Shown: in pieces, positions 1 through 10,279 of the stretch
Numbering within the stretch: the stretch's first letter is position 1
Layout of the letters: each line of letters opens with the position of its first letter
Origin: Candidatus Peregrinibacteria bacterium
GTDB lineage: Bacteria > Patescibacteriota > Gracilibacteria > UBA1369
NCBI GenBank assembly: GCA_963708185.1
Contig: OY970195.1
Coordinates: forward strand, 512,001 to 576,000
DNA length: 64,000 bases
Reading direction: 5' to 3'
Position numbers and translations under genes: made by a program
Notes under the pieces: generated by a model
What the model was told of the DNA's origin: nothing
Databases searched by the model: none
Seen by the model: the letters and a program-made list of their open reading frames with translations, nothing else

Positions 1-396
1 GTAAAATTCCACGACTTTTTCCTGAGCCACGAATTCGAACGAAAGGATGTCAGCTCTAAAAATAAAGGTGCGGAAGACATTGAACAGGTTCAACTCGCCC
101 ATCTCGTAAAGATTGCGGAACAACTGTTCCATTACCGATATTTTTTCACGGAAATCTTTCTCTTCGCTTTTCTCTTTGTCTTTCTGAGAATCTTCTCTCG
201 GGAGCGTAATTCTCATGTAGACGAGCGATTTGCTCCGTAAGACCACGTAAAGGTAGCGGTAGGTCGAAACGATGAGCTTTAAAGCAATAAACAGCGCAAC
301 GAACGCGATGATAAACTCCCAAGGGTTCGTCACCATCTGCTGCCAAAGGTTTTGTGCCCAGTCGGGAAGACTCTGCAAAAGCTGGTCGAAATTCAT
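1..396 (-). CDS. N-terminal part of a VirD4/TraD-like coupling ATPase (runs off window start); paralog of 23213..25693
   Basis: Not in ORF track. Hand translation from ATG at 396: MNFDQLLQSLPDWAQNLWQQ..TM..LVYMRITLPREDSQKDKE..DFREKISVMEQLF..ILSFEFVAQEKVVEFY, aligning with MVFLRIQVPKKESKED..DFKHALGIASHMF..FISLEYAVLDGEINFY of the 826-aa gene. Confidence 0.8.
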   Translation of the reverse strand, partial: MNFDQLLQSLPDWAQNLWQQMVTNPWEFIIAFVALFIALKLIVSTYRYLYVVLRSKSLVYMRITLPREDSQKDKEKSEEKDFREKISVMEQLFRNLYEMGELNLFNVFRTFIFRADILSFEFVAQEKVVEFY

Positions 397-524
397 AAAT
401 TTGTTTTGTTTTTATTTATCTAGGTATTTTATCACAAAATGCCCGTTTTAACAATTGTTAAAGCCATTTATCGTCCCTTGCTCCCATTTTGATTTATTGT
501 GTAATTTTTTTGTTACTTTTTGGC

Positions 525-1151
525 TTAATGCAGGCTTTCATAACTATTTTTGCCGACAACTATATGGTCTAAAAGCGGAATATGCATTATTTCCGCGACT
601 TTTTCGAGCTCCACCGTGGTCATCGAGTCTTCCCGGCTCGGCGTCGGATCGCCTGAAGGGTGGTTGTGGACAAGGATCACCGCATAAGCGTTATGGTAGA
701 GGGCGGGACGGAAGACGTCGCGGGGATGGAGCAGGTTGGCATTCAACCCGCCGATGCTCAACGTCTCTTCGTGGATCAATTTATACCGGGCATCAAGATA
801 AAGTCCCCTTATATGCTCCTTTTGGAGATATTGCATGTTCTTGACGTAAGCGTAGACCTGTTCGGAAGTCCGGAAGTACGCATTGTCATGACGTTGATTG
901 AAAAACCTTTTTCCTATCTCGAACACAGCGATAAGTTGGCAGCTTTGTGCGTAACCCAAACGAAAATTTTTCATAAAATCTTCCGGTTCATCCATGTTGA
1001 CGAGCTCATCGTGATCGAACTTTTCCAGAATGCGCTTCGCACAACTGAAGATATCTTCTTTTTTTGTTCCCTTGCCGAGGATGAGCGCGATGAGTTCATC
1101 ATCGGAGAGACTCTTGATGCCGCATTCTTTGAGTTTTTCCCGTGGTTTCAT
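525..1151 (-). CDS. radC: RadC / JAB (MPN) domain protein
   Basis: N-terminal KPREKL..G..SLSD.ELIALIL; JAMM motif HNHPSGDPTPSRED; LLDHIVVG. Confidence 0.95.
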   Translation of the reverse strand: MKPREKLKECGIKSLSDDELIALILGKGTKKEDIFSCAKRILEKFDHDELVNMDEPEDFMKNFRLGYAQSCQLIAVFEIGKRFFNQRHDNAYFRTSEQVYAYVKNMQYLQKEHIRGLYLDARYKLIHEETLSIGGLNANLLHPRDVFRPALYHNAYAVILVHNHPSGDPTPSREDSMTTVELEKVAEIMHIPLLDHIVVGKNSYESLH

Positions 1152-1210
1152 AAAAAGAGAGATGGTCTTTCGATCGTACCATCCCTCGTTAAAATTTTCG
1201 TAAAATTTTC

Positions 1211-2623
1211 CTAAGCTTGCAGTTTATCACGGAGATAGTTCAAGAGCTCAGATGCCTTGATCCTTTCCTGCTTGGTCGTGTCGCGGTCGCGAACGGTCAC
1301 CGCGTCATCCTTTTCAACGGTGTCGAAATCAATGGTGATGCAGAACGGCGTACCGATTTCGTCCTGGCGTCGGTAACGTTTGCCGATCGAACCGGACTCG
1401 TCGTATTCGACCATGAAATGTTTCTTGAGCATATTGAAGATTTCGTGAGCCTTCCCCGTGATGATTTCTTTGTTCTTGACCAGCGGAAGGACGGCCGCCT
1501 TGATCGGGGCAAGTTCCGGGTGAAAGCGCATGACGACTCTCTGTTCCCCTCCGACCTCGTCTTCATCGTAGGCGTCGATCATGAAGGTAAGGACGGTGCG
1601 GTCGGCACCGAAAGAAGGTTCAATGACCTCAGGAACATACTTCTGATTGGTCTCCGGATCAAAATAGACGAGTTCATCTCCCGAAAATTCGGAATGTCTG
1701 CTCAGGTCGAACGTTCCGCGATGCGCGGTTCCCTGGAGTTCACCCCAACCGAAAGGGAATTCGTATTCGATATCCACCGTCATCTTTGAGTAATGTGCCA
1801 GTTCCTTGGCGTCATGACGACGCTGACGGAGCTTTTCTTTCTTGATGCCGAGATCCGTATAAAAAGCGAAGCATGCCTTTTCCCACTGATCAAACAGCTC
1901 TTTTTCGGTGTTCGGTTTAATAAAATATTCGATCTCCATCTGCTCGAATTCACGGGTACGGAAGGTGAAGTTGCCGGGGGTGATTTCATTACGGAAGGCT
2001 TTTCCGATCTGGGCCACACCAAAAGGCAGTTTCAAACGGGTTGTCGCCAGAACGTTCTTGAAGTTCACGAAAATCCCCTGCGCGGTTTCAGGACGCAAAT
2101 ACACCATGGCGCTGCTTTCTTCGACAACACCTTGGTGCGTCCTGAACATGAGATTGAAGGAACGGGCTTCGGTAAAGTCGCTCTTACCGCATGAAGGACA
2201 GGGGATTTTTTTCTCCTTGATGAAATCACTGATCTCTTTGAGAGATTTTCCGGCCGCGGCTTCGATGCCATAGTGCTCCTCGATGAGTTTGTCGCCGCGG
2301 ACGCGCTCGTGGCAGTTCTTACAGTCCATCAACGGGTCGGAAAACGACTGGACGTGGCCGGATGCTTCCCAGGTTTTTGGATTCATGAGGATCGAGGCGT
2401 CGAGACCGACGACGTCTTCCCTTTCCTGGACAAACTTTTTCCACCAGGCTTTTTTGACGTTGTTCTTGAGTTCCACGCCGTAAGGTCCGTAATCCCAGGT
2501 ATTGGCGAGACCTCCGTAAATTTCAGATCCGGGGAAAATAAATCCGCGTCGTTTGGCGAGCGAAACGATTTTGTCCATCGTCGCTTTTTCAGCGGAGGGT
2601 TTTGCTTTTTTTTCGTCGTTCAT
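1211..2623 (-). CDS. glyQS: Glycine--tRNA ligase, alpha2 (homodimeric) type
   Basis: KRRGF, YLRPETAQGIF, FRNEITPGNF.FRTREFEQMEIE, VIEPSFG, IGKRYRRQDEIGTP. Confidence 0.97.
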   Translation of the reverse strand: MNDEKKAKPSAEKATMDKIVSLAKRRGFIFPGSEIYGGLANTWDYGPYGVELKNNVKKAWWKKFVQEREDVVGLDASILMNPKTWEASGHVQSFSDPLMDCKNCHERVRGDKLIEEHYGIEAAAGKSLKEISDFIKEKKIPCPSCGKSDFTEARSFNLMFRTHQGVVEESSAMVYLRPETAQGIFVNFKNVLATTRLKLPFGVAQIGKAFRNEITPGNFTFRTREFEQMEIEYFIKPNTEKELFDQWEKACFAFYTDLGIKKEKLRQRRHDAKELAHYSKMTVDIEYEFPFGWGELQGTAHRGTFDLSRHSEFSGDELVYFDPETNQKYVPEVIEPSFGADRTVLTFMIDAYDEDEVGGEQRVVMRFHPELAPIKAAVLPLVKNKEIITGKAHEIFNMLKKHFMVEYDESGSIGKRYRRQDEIGTPFCITIDFDTVEKDDAVTVRDRDTTKQERIKASELLNYLRDKLQA

Positions 2624-2640
2624 AGGTAAGGAAGGATAGG

Positions 2641-3084
2641 TTATTTTTTACTTTCCAGCATTAATGTAAACGGGCCGTCGTTCATGAGTTCGACCTGCAT
2701 GTTGGCCTGGAACCGGCCGGTCTTGGTGGGAACTTCGGAGTTCCTGAAGATTTCACAGGCTTTTTCAAAAATTTTCCTGGCTTCTTCAATGGGGGCGGCA
2801 CCGTTAAAATCGGGGCGCCTGCCCTTGTTGCAGTCGCCATACAGCGTAAACTGGGACACCAGCAGGAATTCTCCTTTCACGTCTTTCACCGAAAGATCGA
2901 GTTTCCCGTCCCGGCCTTCGAAAATCCTCAAATTGGAAATTTTTTCAAGAAGGTAGTTAATGTCTTTTTCGTCATCACCGTGGGTAATTCCCATAAAAAT
3001 GAGCACTCCCCTGTTGATATCGCTGATGGTTTTTCCTTCGACCGTCACCGAGGCTTTGGCAACGCGCTGGATAAGTGCACGCAT
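2641..3084 (-). CDS. dtd: D-aminoacyl-tRNA deacylase
   Basis: MRALIQRV, SQFTL, GRRP, NDGPFT motifs. Confidence 0.97.
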   Translation of the reverse strand: MRALIQRVAKASVTVEGKTISDINRGVLIFMGITHGDDEKDINYLLEKISNLRIFEGRDGKLDLSVKDVKGEFLLVSQFTLYGDCNKGRRPDFNGAAPIEEARKIFEKACEIFRNSEVPTKTGRFQANMQVELMNDGPFTLMLESKK

Positions 3085-3094
3085 GATTCAATAA

Positions 3095-3376
3095 TTACTT
3101 TTTATCTTTCTCCCCGCCTTTTTGACCCTGGCGATTTCTCCAGTCCAGCATGGCGTTGGAAAGGACGTTCATGAACGATTCCGCGGTCTGATGAGTGATG
3201 TTGACGCGGTTGACGACCTTGATCGTCATCGGTTTGACGTTTGGCATGATATATCCGAAATCCAAAACGACCTCATTCTGGTTCACGTGTACGGAAACGG
3301 CGTTGGCGTACACTCCCTGTTCCTGTGCGGCGTCAACTTTGACCTGAACTTGCGGTTGTTGTTGTTCGTTCGCCAT
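3095..3376 (-). CDS. DUF3467-like small protein
   Basis: Start moved to ATG 3376 (MANEQQQ); GVYAN.V.V....NEVVLDF....P pattern. Confidence 0.75.
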   Translation of the reverse strand: MANEQQQPQVQVKVDAAQEQGVYANAVSVHVNQNEVVLDFGYIMPNVKPMTIKVVNRVNITHQTAESFMNVLSNAMLDWRNRQGQKGGEKDKK

Positions 3377-3401
3377 AGTTTTGTATGAAAAAATATAAAA
3401 A

Positions 3402-4484
3402 TTAGGATTTTGGAGGATCGAATTTCGGAATGAAAAGCGGTTTTTGTTTGTCGATCTCTTCCGCCCGGGCCGCCTTATTGGCGAGCTGCCCGCAGGCTGC
3501 CTCAATATCCTGTCCCAAGGTTACACGAATTGTTACGGCGATGCCATAGCCTTTCACGATATTGCGGAATTTTTTGATTTGTTCGGGAATACTCCCTTCA
3601 ATTCCCTGAATTCCAGTAGCGTTATAGGGGATCAGATTGACGTGACAAAGTTGTCCCTGGATCAGTTTTCCGAGCTGATGGGCATACTCTTCGGTGTCGT
3701 TAATGCCTTTGAGCATGACGTACTCGTACGAAATGCGCCGACGGGTTTTGTTGAGATAATCCTTAATGGCGCTCATCAGCTGGTCAAGACTGTACTTGTT
3801 GGCGATGGGCATGATCCTCTTTCTGAGATCCTGGTTGGGAGCGTGAAGACTGACCGCGAGGTTGACCTGCAGATTTTCGTCGATGAGTTTTTCGATGCCT
3901 TCGCAGATGCCCGACGTTGAGACCGTAATGTTGCGTGCTCCGATATTGAGTCCGTCGGGGTCGTTGATCACTTTGAGTGCCTTGAGGACGTTATCGTAAT
4001 TCATGAACGGTTCTCCCATACCCATCAACACGATGTTGCTGATGCGTTGGTTCTGCTGATGGAGCTGCTGAGCGTAATAAAGCACCTGGTCGGAAATCTC
4101 CTCATAGGTAAGATTCCTTCCGAATCGCAACGTTCCGGTCGCACAAAATTTGCAGCCTAACTGGCAACCGGCCTGACTTGAAATACAGACGGTATGACGT
4201 CCGTCCTTGAAATGCATGAGCACGGCTTCGATTTTCAGTCCGTCGTTCAGTTCAAAAAGTGTTTTGGTGGTCGTTTTGTCGAGCGATGTGACCTGACGGA
4301 CCGTCTTCATGCTCAAAATCGGGAACTCCGTTTCGAGTTCACGCTGGAGTTTCTGCGGGAGGGTCGTGATGTCGCTATAGGCCGTTTTGCCTTCCTTGCA
4401 CACGGCATGGATGACTTGCATGGCTCTGTACCTCGGTATTTCCCGGGTTGAGAGTTCCTGAATGAGATCTTCTGTCGCGAGCAT
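3402..4484 (-). CDS. rlmN: Dual-specificity RNA methyltransferase RlmN (radical SAM)
   Basis: CISSQAGCQLGCKFCATG, MGMGEP, SLHAP, DIEAACGQL; start chosen at ATG 4484. Confidence 0.95.
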   Translation of the reverse strand: MLATEDLIQELSTREIPRYRAMQVIHAVCKEGKTAYSDITTLPQKLQRELETEFPILSMKTVRQVTSLDKTTTKTLFELNDGLKIEAVLMHFKDGRHTVCISSQAGCQLGCKFCATGTLRFGRNLTYEEISDQVLYYAQQLHQQNQRISNIVLMGMGEPFMNYDNVLKALKVINDPDGLNIGARNITVSTSGICEGIEKLIDENLQVNLAVSLHAPNQDLRKRIMPIANKYSLDQLMSAIKDYLNKTRRRISYEYVMLKGINDTEEYAHQLGKLIQGQLCHVNLIPYNATGIQGIEGSIPEQIKKFRNIVKGYGIAVTIRVTLGQDIEAACGQLANKAARAEEIDKQKPLFIPKFDPPKS

Positions 4485-4652
4485 CTTGACAATTAAAGTT
4501 GTTGTGTTGTCCAAAGTTGTACAACAGGAATTATAAGTGACTTTTTGCTTTTTGCAATGGGAAAAATTAACTTTTCTGACTTTGTATATTTTGACAACTG
4601 TTTGTGCTTTTTTTACAACGAAGGCGATTTATCATTTTTTCACTCTTTTTTT

Positions 4653-5321
4653 ATGCAAAGCTTACTTATCGCAGAAGATTTTCATCATGGCAAATTTGTC
4701 CAGCAGGGGTTCAAATATGAAAGCATCCCCATGGAGCTTCTTCAGTCTCATGCCGGCACTGAATCCCTGACAAACGCTCTTACAGGCTGCGACAGCGTTT
4801 TTTTATTGATGAGGGATAAGGATGCTCTTGAAAAACTGCTCTCGGTTCTCGAAAGCCTGGGGCAGTCGATTCCCGTTATCGTTCTTGCGGAGCATTACGA
4901 CGCAAAATTTCCCGTCTACCTCCGGACAAAAAAGGTTCATCGCGTTTTTACCCGACCCTTCCCTTTTCGGAGCATTGCCGCAGAAATCAGGATTCTCGTG
5001 TACAGCATGAAAGAACAGTCCGAATTCCCGGTTCTGAAAGTCCGTGACCTGGAACTACGCAGAGATACCCATGAAGTTGTCTGGAAAGGGCGGAGCATCC
5101 GGTTGAGACACAAAGAGTTCACGCTTCTGGAATTCATGATGCTCAACTCCGGAAAACTTTTAAGCAGAGAAAAGATCCTGGAAAGCGTCTGGGACCGTAA
5201 CGCGAACATTTTTACGAATACCGTTGACGTCCACATCAACAAGCTCCGCAAGAAGATTGACTACAGCGTAAGCGATAAATTTATCCATACCGTCCACTGT
5301 TCCGGGTACATCTTTTCATAA
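4653..5321 (+). CDS. OmpR/PhoB-family winged-helix regulator with degenerate receiver domain
   Basis: C-terminal KEFTLLEF..SREKILESVW..NTVDVHINKLRKKI..IHTV...GY; receiver LLIAED present but other catalytic residues missing; start chosen at ATG 4653. Confidence 0.85.
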   Translation: MQSLLIAEDFHHGKFVQQGFKYESIPMELLQSHAGTESLTNALTGCDSVFLLMRDKDALEKLLSVLESLGQSIPVIVLAEHYDAKFPVYLRTKKVHRVFTRPFPFRSIAAEIRILVYSMKEQSEFPVLKVRDLELRRDTHEVVWKGRSIRLRHKEFTLLEFMMLNSGKLLSREKILESVWDRNANIFTNTVDVHINKLRKKIDYSVSDKFIHTVHCSGYIFS

Positions 5322-5396
5322 AACATTTTGCTTTTTTGAAACGTCTTGTTATAATTCCAGTTAGATTTTTGGCTATGGTTTCCTTTACCATTCTTC

Positions 5397-6458
5397 ATGG
5401 CTTCTGTTTCACCAGTCGATCCGGTTCTTGATCAATTAAGACCCCAGATAGATCAGCTACTGCTGCTCCTTTCTCAAAAAGAGAAGTTCGTGATCCAGAG
5501 GCGTTTCAATCTTGATGAAAAAAACAGAGCCACACTTGAAGAGATCGGCCAGCATTTTCAGGTTACGCGTGAACGGGTCCGGCAGATAGAACGGAACGCG
5601 TTGCAGAAACTTCGCCGCAACATTGAAAACACGCCACTGTATAACGTCAACAAAATGGCGTACCAGTTTCTCCAGGAAGCCGGAGGTTTGATGAAAGAGG
5701 ATCTCCTTGTTTCGAAAATCCTTAACGGTGAAGCAGGTTTCTCTTACGCCGCCGTCCAGCTTATCGTCAACCTCGACAAACGTTTCGAACGTCTTCCAAA
5801 TACCGTACAGTATCATCCTTACGTCAAATACAAGACGCTTCCAGAACAGTTCATCAAGAATGTCGCATCGGAATGCATGAAAATGCTGCAGGGTTCCAGT
5901 ACGGTCACAAAGATTTCATTACTCGTCAGCACGCTAAAGAAGACCATCGTTGATGAGCATCTTGTGCAGGCAGAAACACTGGCGTCGATTTTCCAGGTCA
6001 ATAAGAACTTCAAACTTGTCGAAAATGATTCCGTGGGCCTGATGAAATGGAGACACGTCAATCCGAGAACGATCCGGGACAAGATTTTCTTCATTTTGCG
6101 CGAAAAAGGAAAGCCGATGCATTTCGTGGACATTGCCAATGAAATCGTGAAAGCCCAGTTCGACAAAAAGCAGCTGAATCATCAGGCGATCCACAACGAA
6201 CTCATCAGGAACGATGAATTTATACTGATCGGGCGCGGTATTTACGCCCTCAAGGAATGGGGATTCCATGTCGGAACCGTTGCAGACATCATCACAGCGA
6301 TTCTCAGGAATAGAGGGTCCATGCATCAGGATGAAATCGTGGCAGAGGTCCTTAAACAGCGTCAGGTCAAACCCATCACCATTATCTTGAACCTCAAGAG
6401 TAAGGAAAACTTCACCCGTGTCGGACGCTTCCAATACACGTTGAAAAACCCTTCCTAG
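5397..6458 (+). CDS. Sigma70 region-4-like HTH + HARE-HTH (RNAP delta-like) protein, copy 1
   Basis: LSQKEKFVIQRRFNL..TLEEIGQHFQVTRERVRQIE; C-terminal P.HFVDIAN..QAIHNELIR..F.LIGRGIYALKEWG. Confidence 0.85.
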   Translation: MASVSPVDPVLDQLRPQIDQLLLLLSQKEKFVIQRRFNLDEKNRATLEEIGQHFQVTRERVRQIERNALQKLRRNIENTPLYNVNKMAYQFLQEAGGLMKEDLLVSKILNGEAGFSYAAVQLIVNLDKRFERLPNTVQYHPYVKYKTLPEQFIKNVASECMKMLQGSSTVTKISLLVSTLKKTIVDEHLVQAETLASIFQVNKNFKLVENDSVGLMKWRHVNPRTIRDKIFFILREKGKPMHFVDIANEIVKAQFDKKQLNHQAIHNELIRNDEFILIGRGIYALKEWGFHVGTVADIITAILRNRGSMHQDEIVAEVLKQRQVKPITIILNLKSKENFTRVGRFQYTLKNPS

Positions 6459-6480
6459 GCTTCACGGAAGCAAAGAAGGG

Positions 6481-7413
6481 TCAGGGCCAGATTCGGATAA
6501 ACGATTTGTGGTCGGCTTTGTATTCCTTGCGGTCTTTTTTGTGATCGTTGATCATCTGGGTGATGACCTCGTCATCGATGATTTTTTTCACTTTCTTTGC
6601 GGAACGTTTCTGAAAACTCTGGGCGTTTTTGTTCAGGGGGTCCACATGCAGAACGGCTTCGCAGGCTTCGAAAGCTTTCTCGTATTTTTTGAGCTGATAG
6701 AGGGTCCGGATGTCTTCGAGCGTTTTGTAGATAAACTCTTTTTTCTCTTCGACTTTGTACTCCTGATAAGCTTTTTTGGTCTGTTCAATCCTTTTTTTCA
6801 ATTTTATGGATTTGGGATCAATCTTGAGGAGCCTCTGATATAGCAGCAGGATGTCTTCGAATTTCTTTTCCGTGAAGAGAATTTTGTTTTGATCAATTTC
6901 GTAATCGATCCATTCGTTGCGGATGGCAGCGAGGAGGTTTTTAAGATCGTTCTTGTGGATGCCCATGACGCGAAGCTTTTCGGCGGTTCGGATGGCTTCG
7001 GGATATTTATGGTCTTTGCGGAGATCCGCAAGGCGGACCGTCTCGGTTTGATAGGTGGTTTCCTGCTCTCCCCTCAGCTGTTGGGTATATTTCTTTTCTG
7101 CTTTGAGGATGAGCTTTTTGATCTGAGGAAAATCTCCGATATATGGTTCGAGCACTCTTAAATTTTTCAGGAGTTCTTCATACTTCTGCTGGGCCCATAA
7201 AGGTTTAAGTTTCTTGATATCATCAGCGATGGCCACTTTGTTGATCTGCTTCACCTTTTTTTCAATCTTGTTTTTATAATGGATGATTTTGAGATTTTCC
7301 GGATCGAACTGGAGCACTTCCAAACAGGCACGATGCGCTTCGAGCCATCGTTCTTCCTTGATGAGCTGTTTGATTTTTCGATAGGCCTCTTCGAGGCTGT
7401 ATGCTCCAGGCAT
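6481..7413 (-). CDS. TPR-like helical hypothetical protein
   Basis: Repeated 'A...C..VL..DP.N' helical units; K/E-rich. Confidence 0.65.
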   Translation of the reverse strand: MPGAYSLEEAYRKIKQLIKEERWLEAHRACLEVLQFDPENLKIIHYKNKIEKKVKQINKVAIADDIKKLKPLWAQQKYEELLKNLRVLEPYIGDFPQIKKLILKAEKKYTQQLRGEQETTYQTETVRLADLRKDHKYPEAIRTAEKLRVMGIHKNDLKNLLAAIRNEWIDYEIDQNKILFTEKKFEDILLLYQRLLKIDPKSIKLKKRIEQTKKAYQEYKVEEKKEFIYKTLEDIRTLYQLKKYEKAFEACEAVLHVDPLNKNAQSFQKRSAKKVKKIIDDEVITQMINDHKKDRKEYKADHKSFIRIWP

Positions 7414-7457
7414 AAATGAAAATCTTAGTTATTGTATTATTATACAATATTTTCCGG

Positions 7458-10130
7458 TTATTTCAAAGACTCGAGCTCAGCAAGTTTTTCCTCCAAAGAC
7501 CTGAGTTCTTTTTCGAGCTCTTCAAAAAGCTGCTTTTCTTTAGCTACGACCGCTTCCGGGGCGTTCTTGAGAAATCCTGGGTTGGATATCCTTCCCTTGA
7601 TCCCCTTCATTTTCATGGAAATTTCATCGAGTTTCTTTTTCAGACGATCTTTTTCCCTGGCGATGTCAAAAAGATCCTGAGCCGGGAGATAGATGTCCAT
7701 ACCGTTGACGTATTTCCAGATGGCGCCCTTTATTTTCTTTCCTTTCATCTCAAGCTTCAAGTCCTGAAGGCGGGCCATGCGGATGATGGGGTCTCGCTTT
7801 GCTTCAAGAACCTTCATCCATTTTCCTCCGTACACCACGGCGTTGATCCTTCTTGCGGGCTCAACGCCTTTTTCGGCACGAATGCTGCGAACTGCGCTGA
7901 TAAGTTCCATAACGGCCTCGAACTCTTTTTCTTCTTTGGAGAAAATCAGTTTTTTATCCGATCCCGGCCAGGATTCCCCGATCAGCTGATGTTTCTGTTC
8001 CAGATGGCTCCAAAGTGTCTCAGTGACAAACGGGACGAAAGGATGGAGCAGTTTCAGCAACGTTTTGAGGACATAGAGAAGAACCGGTGGGTTCATGTGT
8101 TCGCTCTTGGACATTTCGATGTACCAGTCACAATAAAAACTCCAGGTAAAGTTGTAAATTCTCGTGCCGGCTTCGGAAAAACGGAAATTTTCCATATCGT
8201 CGTTGACCTCTTTGATGAGTTTCTGAAGGCGGGACACGATCCATTTGTCGGCCTGGGATTTGATGCTTTTTGCAGAGAATTTTTTGTGGTATTCGCTTTC
8301 AGGGATATTCATGAGCGCAAAACGGCAGCCGTTCCAGATCTTGTTCACGAAGTTGCGGTACCCGGCGATTTTTTCCTCGTAGAGACGAAAATCCGTGCCG
8401 GGAGCCGTGCCGATAACGAGACTCAATCTTACCGCGTCGGTGCCGAACTTCCGGATCATGTCCAGGGGGTCGATACCGTTGCCGGCGGATTTACTCATTT
8501 TTTTGCCGTGCCGGTCGCGAACGAGTCCGTGAAGATAGACTTTCTTGAAAGGAATGTCATGAAGGGCGTAGTTGGTCATGAGGATCATGCGAGCTACCCA
8601 GAAAAAAAGGATGTCGTGGCCTGTTTCCAGCACAGAGGTCGGGTGGAAATATTCAAGATCTTTGGTCTTTTTCGGCCATCCCAGCGTTGAAAACGTCCAG
8701 AGTCCGGACGAAAACCAGGTGTCGAGCGTATCGGGATCCTGTTTGATTTTGTTCGATCCGCAGTGCGGGCATTTTTTGGGAGTTTCTCTTTGAACGATGG
8801 GCTGTTTGCACTCAGGCTTGCATCGTTCATCTCCCTGGCAGTACCAGACGGGAATCTGATGTCCCCACCATAACTGACGGGAAATACACCAATCGCGGAG
8901 GTTGTTGAGCCAGTTGAAGTAAATCTTGTTAAAACGGTCGGGTATAATTTCTATTTTTCCGTTCCGGACGACTTCGATGGCCTTTTGCTTTAACGATTTT
9001 TTCTTGGAACCTTCCTTGATGACCGGTTTGCTGACGTTGACGAACCACTGCTCGGAGACGAGCGGTTCGATGGGCGTCCCGCAGCGGTAACAGACGGAAA
9101 GGTTGTGGACGTAGTTGTCGTCGACGTGATCAAGAAGGTCCTTGTCTTCCAGGATCCTGACGATCTCTTCGCGCGAGGCCCGGGCATTTTTCCCGGCGAA
9201 TTTCTTGCCGACGGCGGCGGTGAAGTTACCGTCTGGTCCGATGATCTGCACGATGTCGAGCTTGTGCTTTTGGGCGAGGTCGAAATCGATGAAATCGTGG
9301 GCAGGGGTCAGTGTCATGGCACCCGTTCCGAATTCAGGATCGACGTTCTTGTCGGCGATGAAGACCGCATCGACATTACCGTTGATCCAGGGAACGCTGA
9401 GTTTTTTTCCGATATATTTCTTGTAGCGCTTATCGTCGGGGTGAACGGCGATGACTTTGTCGAGAAACTTGGTTTCCGGGCGGGCCGTGCCAATGACGAC
9501 CGGTCCGTAGCGGAAATAATAGAATGTAGTTTTCTCCTCTTTGAATTCCACTTCGTCGTCGGCGAGCGTCGAGCTGCAGCGTGTGCACCAGTTGACGATT
9601 CTTTTCCCGCGGTAAATCAACCCGTCTTCAAACATCCTGACAAAAATTTCACGGACAGCTTCGGAAAGACCTTCGTCCAGGGTGTAACGTTCTCGGGTCC
9701 AGTCACAACTGGCTCCCATTTTACGAATCTGGTTGCGGATGGTGGACTGGGACTCTTTGACGAACTGATGGACTCTTTCAATGAAGCGTTCGCGTCCCAT
9801 GGTGTGGCGGGTCTCCCCTTCTTCGGCGATGAGCTTCTCCACTTTATTCTGCGTCGCTATGCCGGCGTGATCCGTTCCGGGAAGCCATAAGGTGGGTGTT
9901 CCCTGCATGCGGTTGTAACGGACCATGATATCTTCGATTGCAAGCATGGTGGCGTGACCAAGATGGAGCGTTCCAGTGGCGTTCGGCGGCGGCATCGAGA
10001 TCACGAAAGGTTTTATGGCGGATCTGCCGCCTTTCGGAATTTTAGGAGTAAAAAGACCTGATGATTCCCAGGTTTTATAGATGCGGTCTTCGTAATTCTT
10101 GGCCTCGTAAGCTTTTTCGATTTCTTTCAT
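7458..10130 (-). CDS. valS: Valine--tRNA ligase
   Basis: PPPNATGTLHLGH, GTDHAGIATQ, DWCISRQLWWGH, KMSKS, C-terminal coiled coil; start chosen at ATG 10130. Confidence 0.97.
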   Translation of the reverse strand: MKEIEKAYEAKNYEDRIYKTWESSGLFTPKIPKGGRSAIKPFVISMPPPNATGTLHLGHATMLAIEDIMVRYNRMQGTPTLWLPGTDHAGIATQNKVEKLIAEEGETRHTMGRERFIERVHQFVKESQSTIRNQIRKMGASCDWTRERYTLDEGLSEAVREIFVRMFEDGLIYRGKRIVNWCTRCSSTLADDEVEFKEEKTTFYYFRYGPVVIGTARPETKFLDKVIAVHPDDKRYKKYIGKKLSVPWINGNVDAVFIADKNVDPEFGTGAMTLTPAHDFIDFDLAQKHKLDIVQIIGPDGNFTAAVGKKFAGKNARASREEIVRILEDKDLLDHVDDNYVHNLSVCYRCGTPIEPLVSEQWFVNVSKPVIKEGSKKKSLKQKAIEVVRNGKIEIIPDRFNKIYFNWLNNLRDWCISRQLWWGHQIPVWYCQGDERCKPECKQPIVQRETPKKCPHCGSNKIKQDPDTLDTWFSSGLWTFSTLGWPKKTKDLEYFHPTSVLETGHDILFFWVARMILMTNYALHDIPFKKVYLHGLVRDRHGKKMSKSAGNGIDPLDMIRKFGTDAVRLSLVIGTAPGTDFRLYEEKIAGYRNFVNKIWNGCRFALMNIPESEYHKKFSAKSIKSQADKWIVSRLQKLIKEVNDDMENFRFSEAGTRIYNFTWSFYCDWYIEMSKSEHMNPPVLLYVLKTLLKLLHPFVPFVTETLWSHLEQKHQLIGESWPGSDKKLIFSKEEKEFEAVMELISAVRSIRAEKGVEPARRINAVVYGGKWMKVLEAKRDPIIRMARLQDLKLEMKGKKIKGAIWKYVNGMDIYLPAQDLFDIAREKDRLKKKLDEISMKMKGIKGRISNPGFLKNAPEAVVAKEKQLFEELEKELRSLEEKLAELESLK

Positions 10131-10279
10131 AATTCCTTGAAAAATGAACATCATGTTTATACCATAAATCCGGCGTGCGGGATAATCTTTCCTGAATTGA
10201 CCACGTTGACCGAACCTCGATATTTTGCTATAATTAAACAAAATTTCAGGTTTTAGGGACTGAGAATTTTTGGCGACCT

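Noticed and set aside
146-346. 66-aa ORF from the track
   Set aside because: Wrong frame; the real gene is the 396-to-edge frame homologous to the VirD4-like ATPase.
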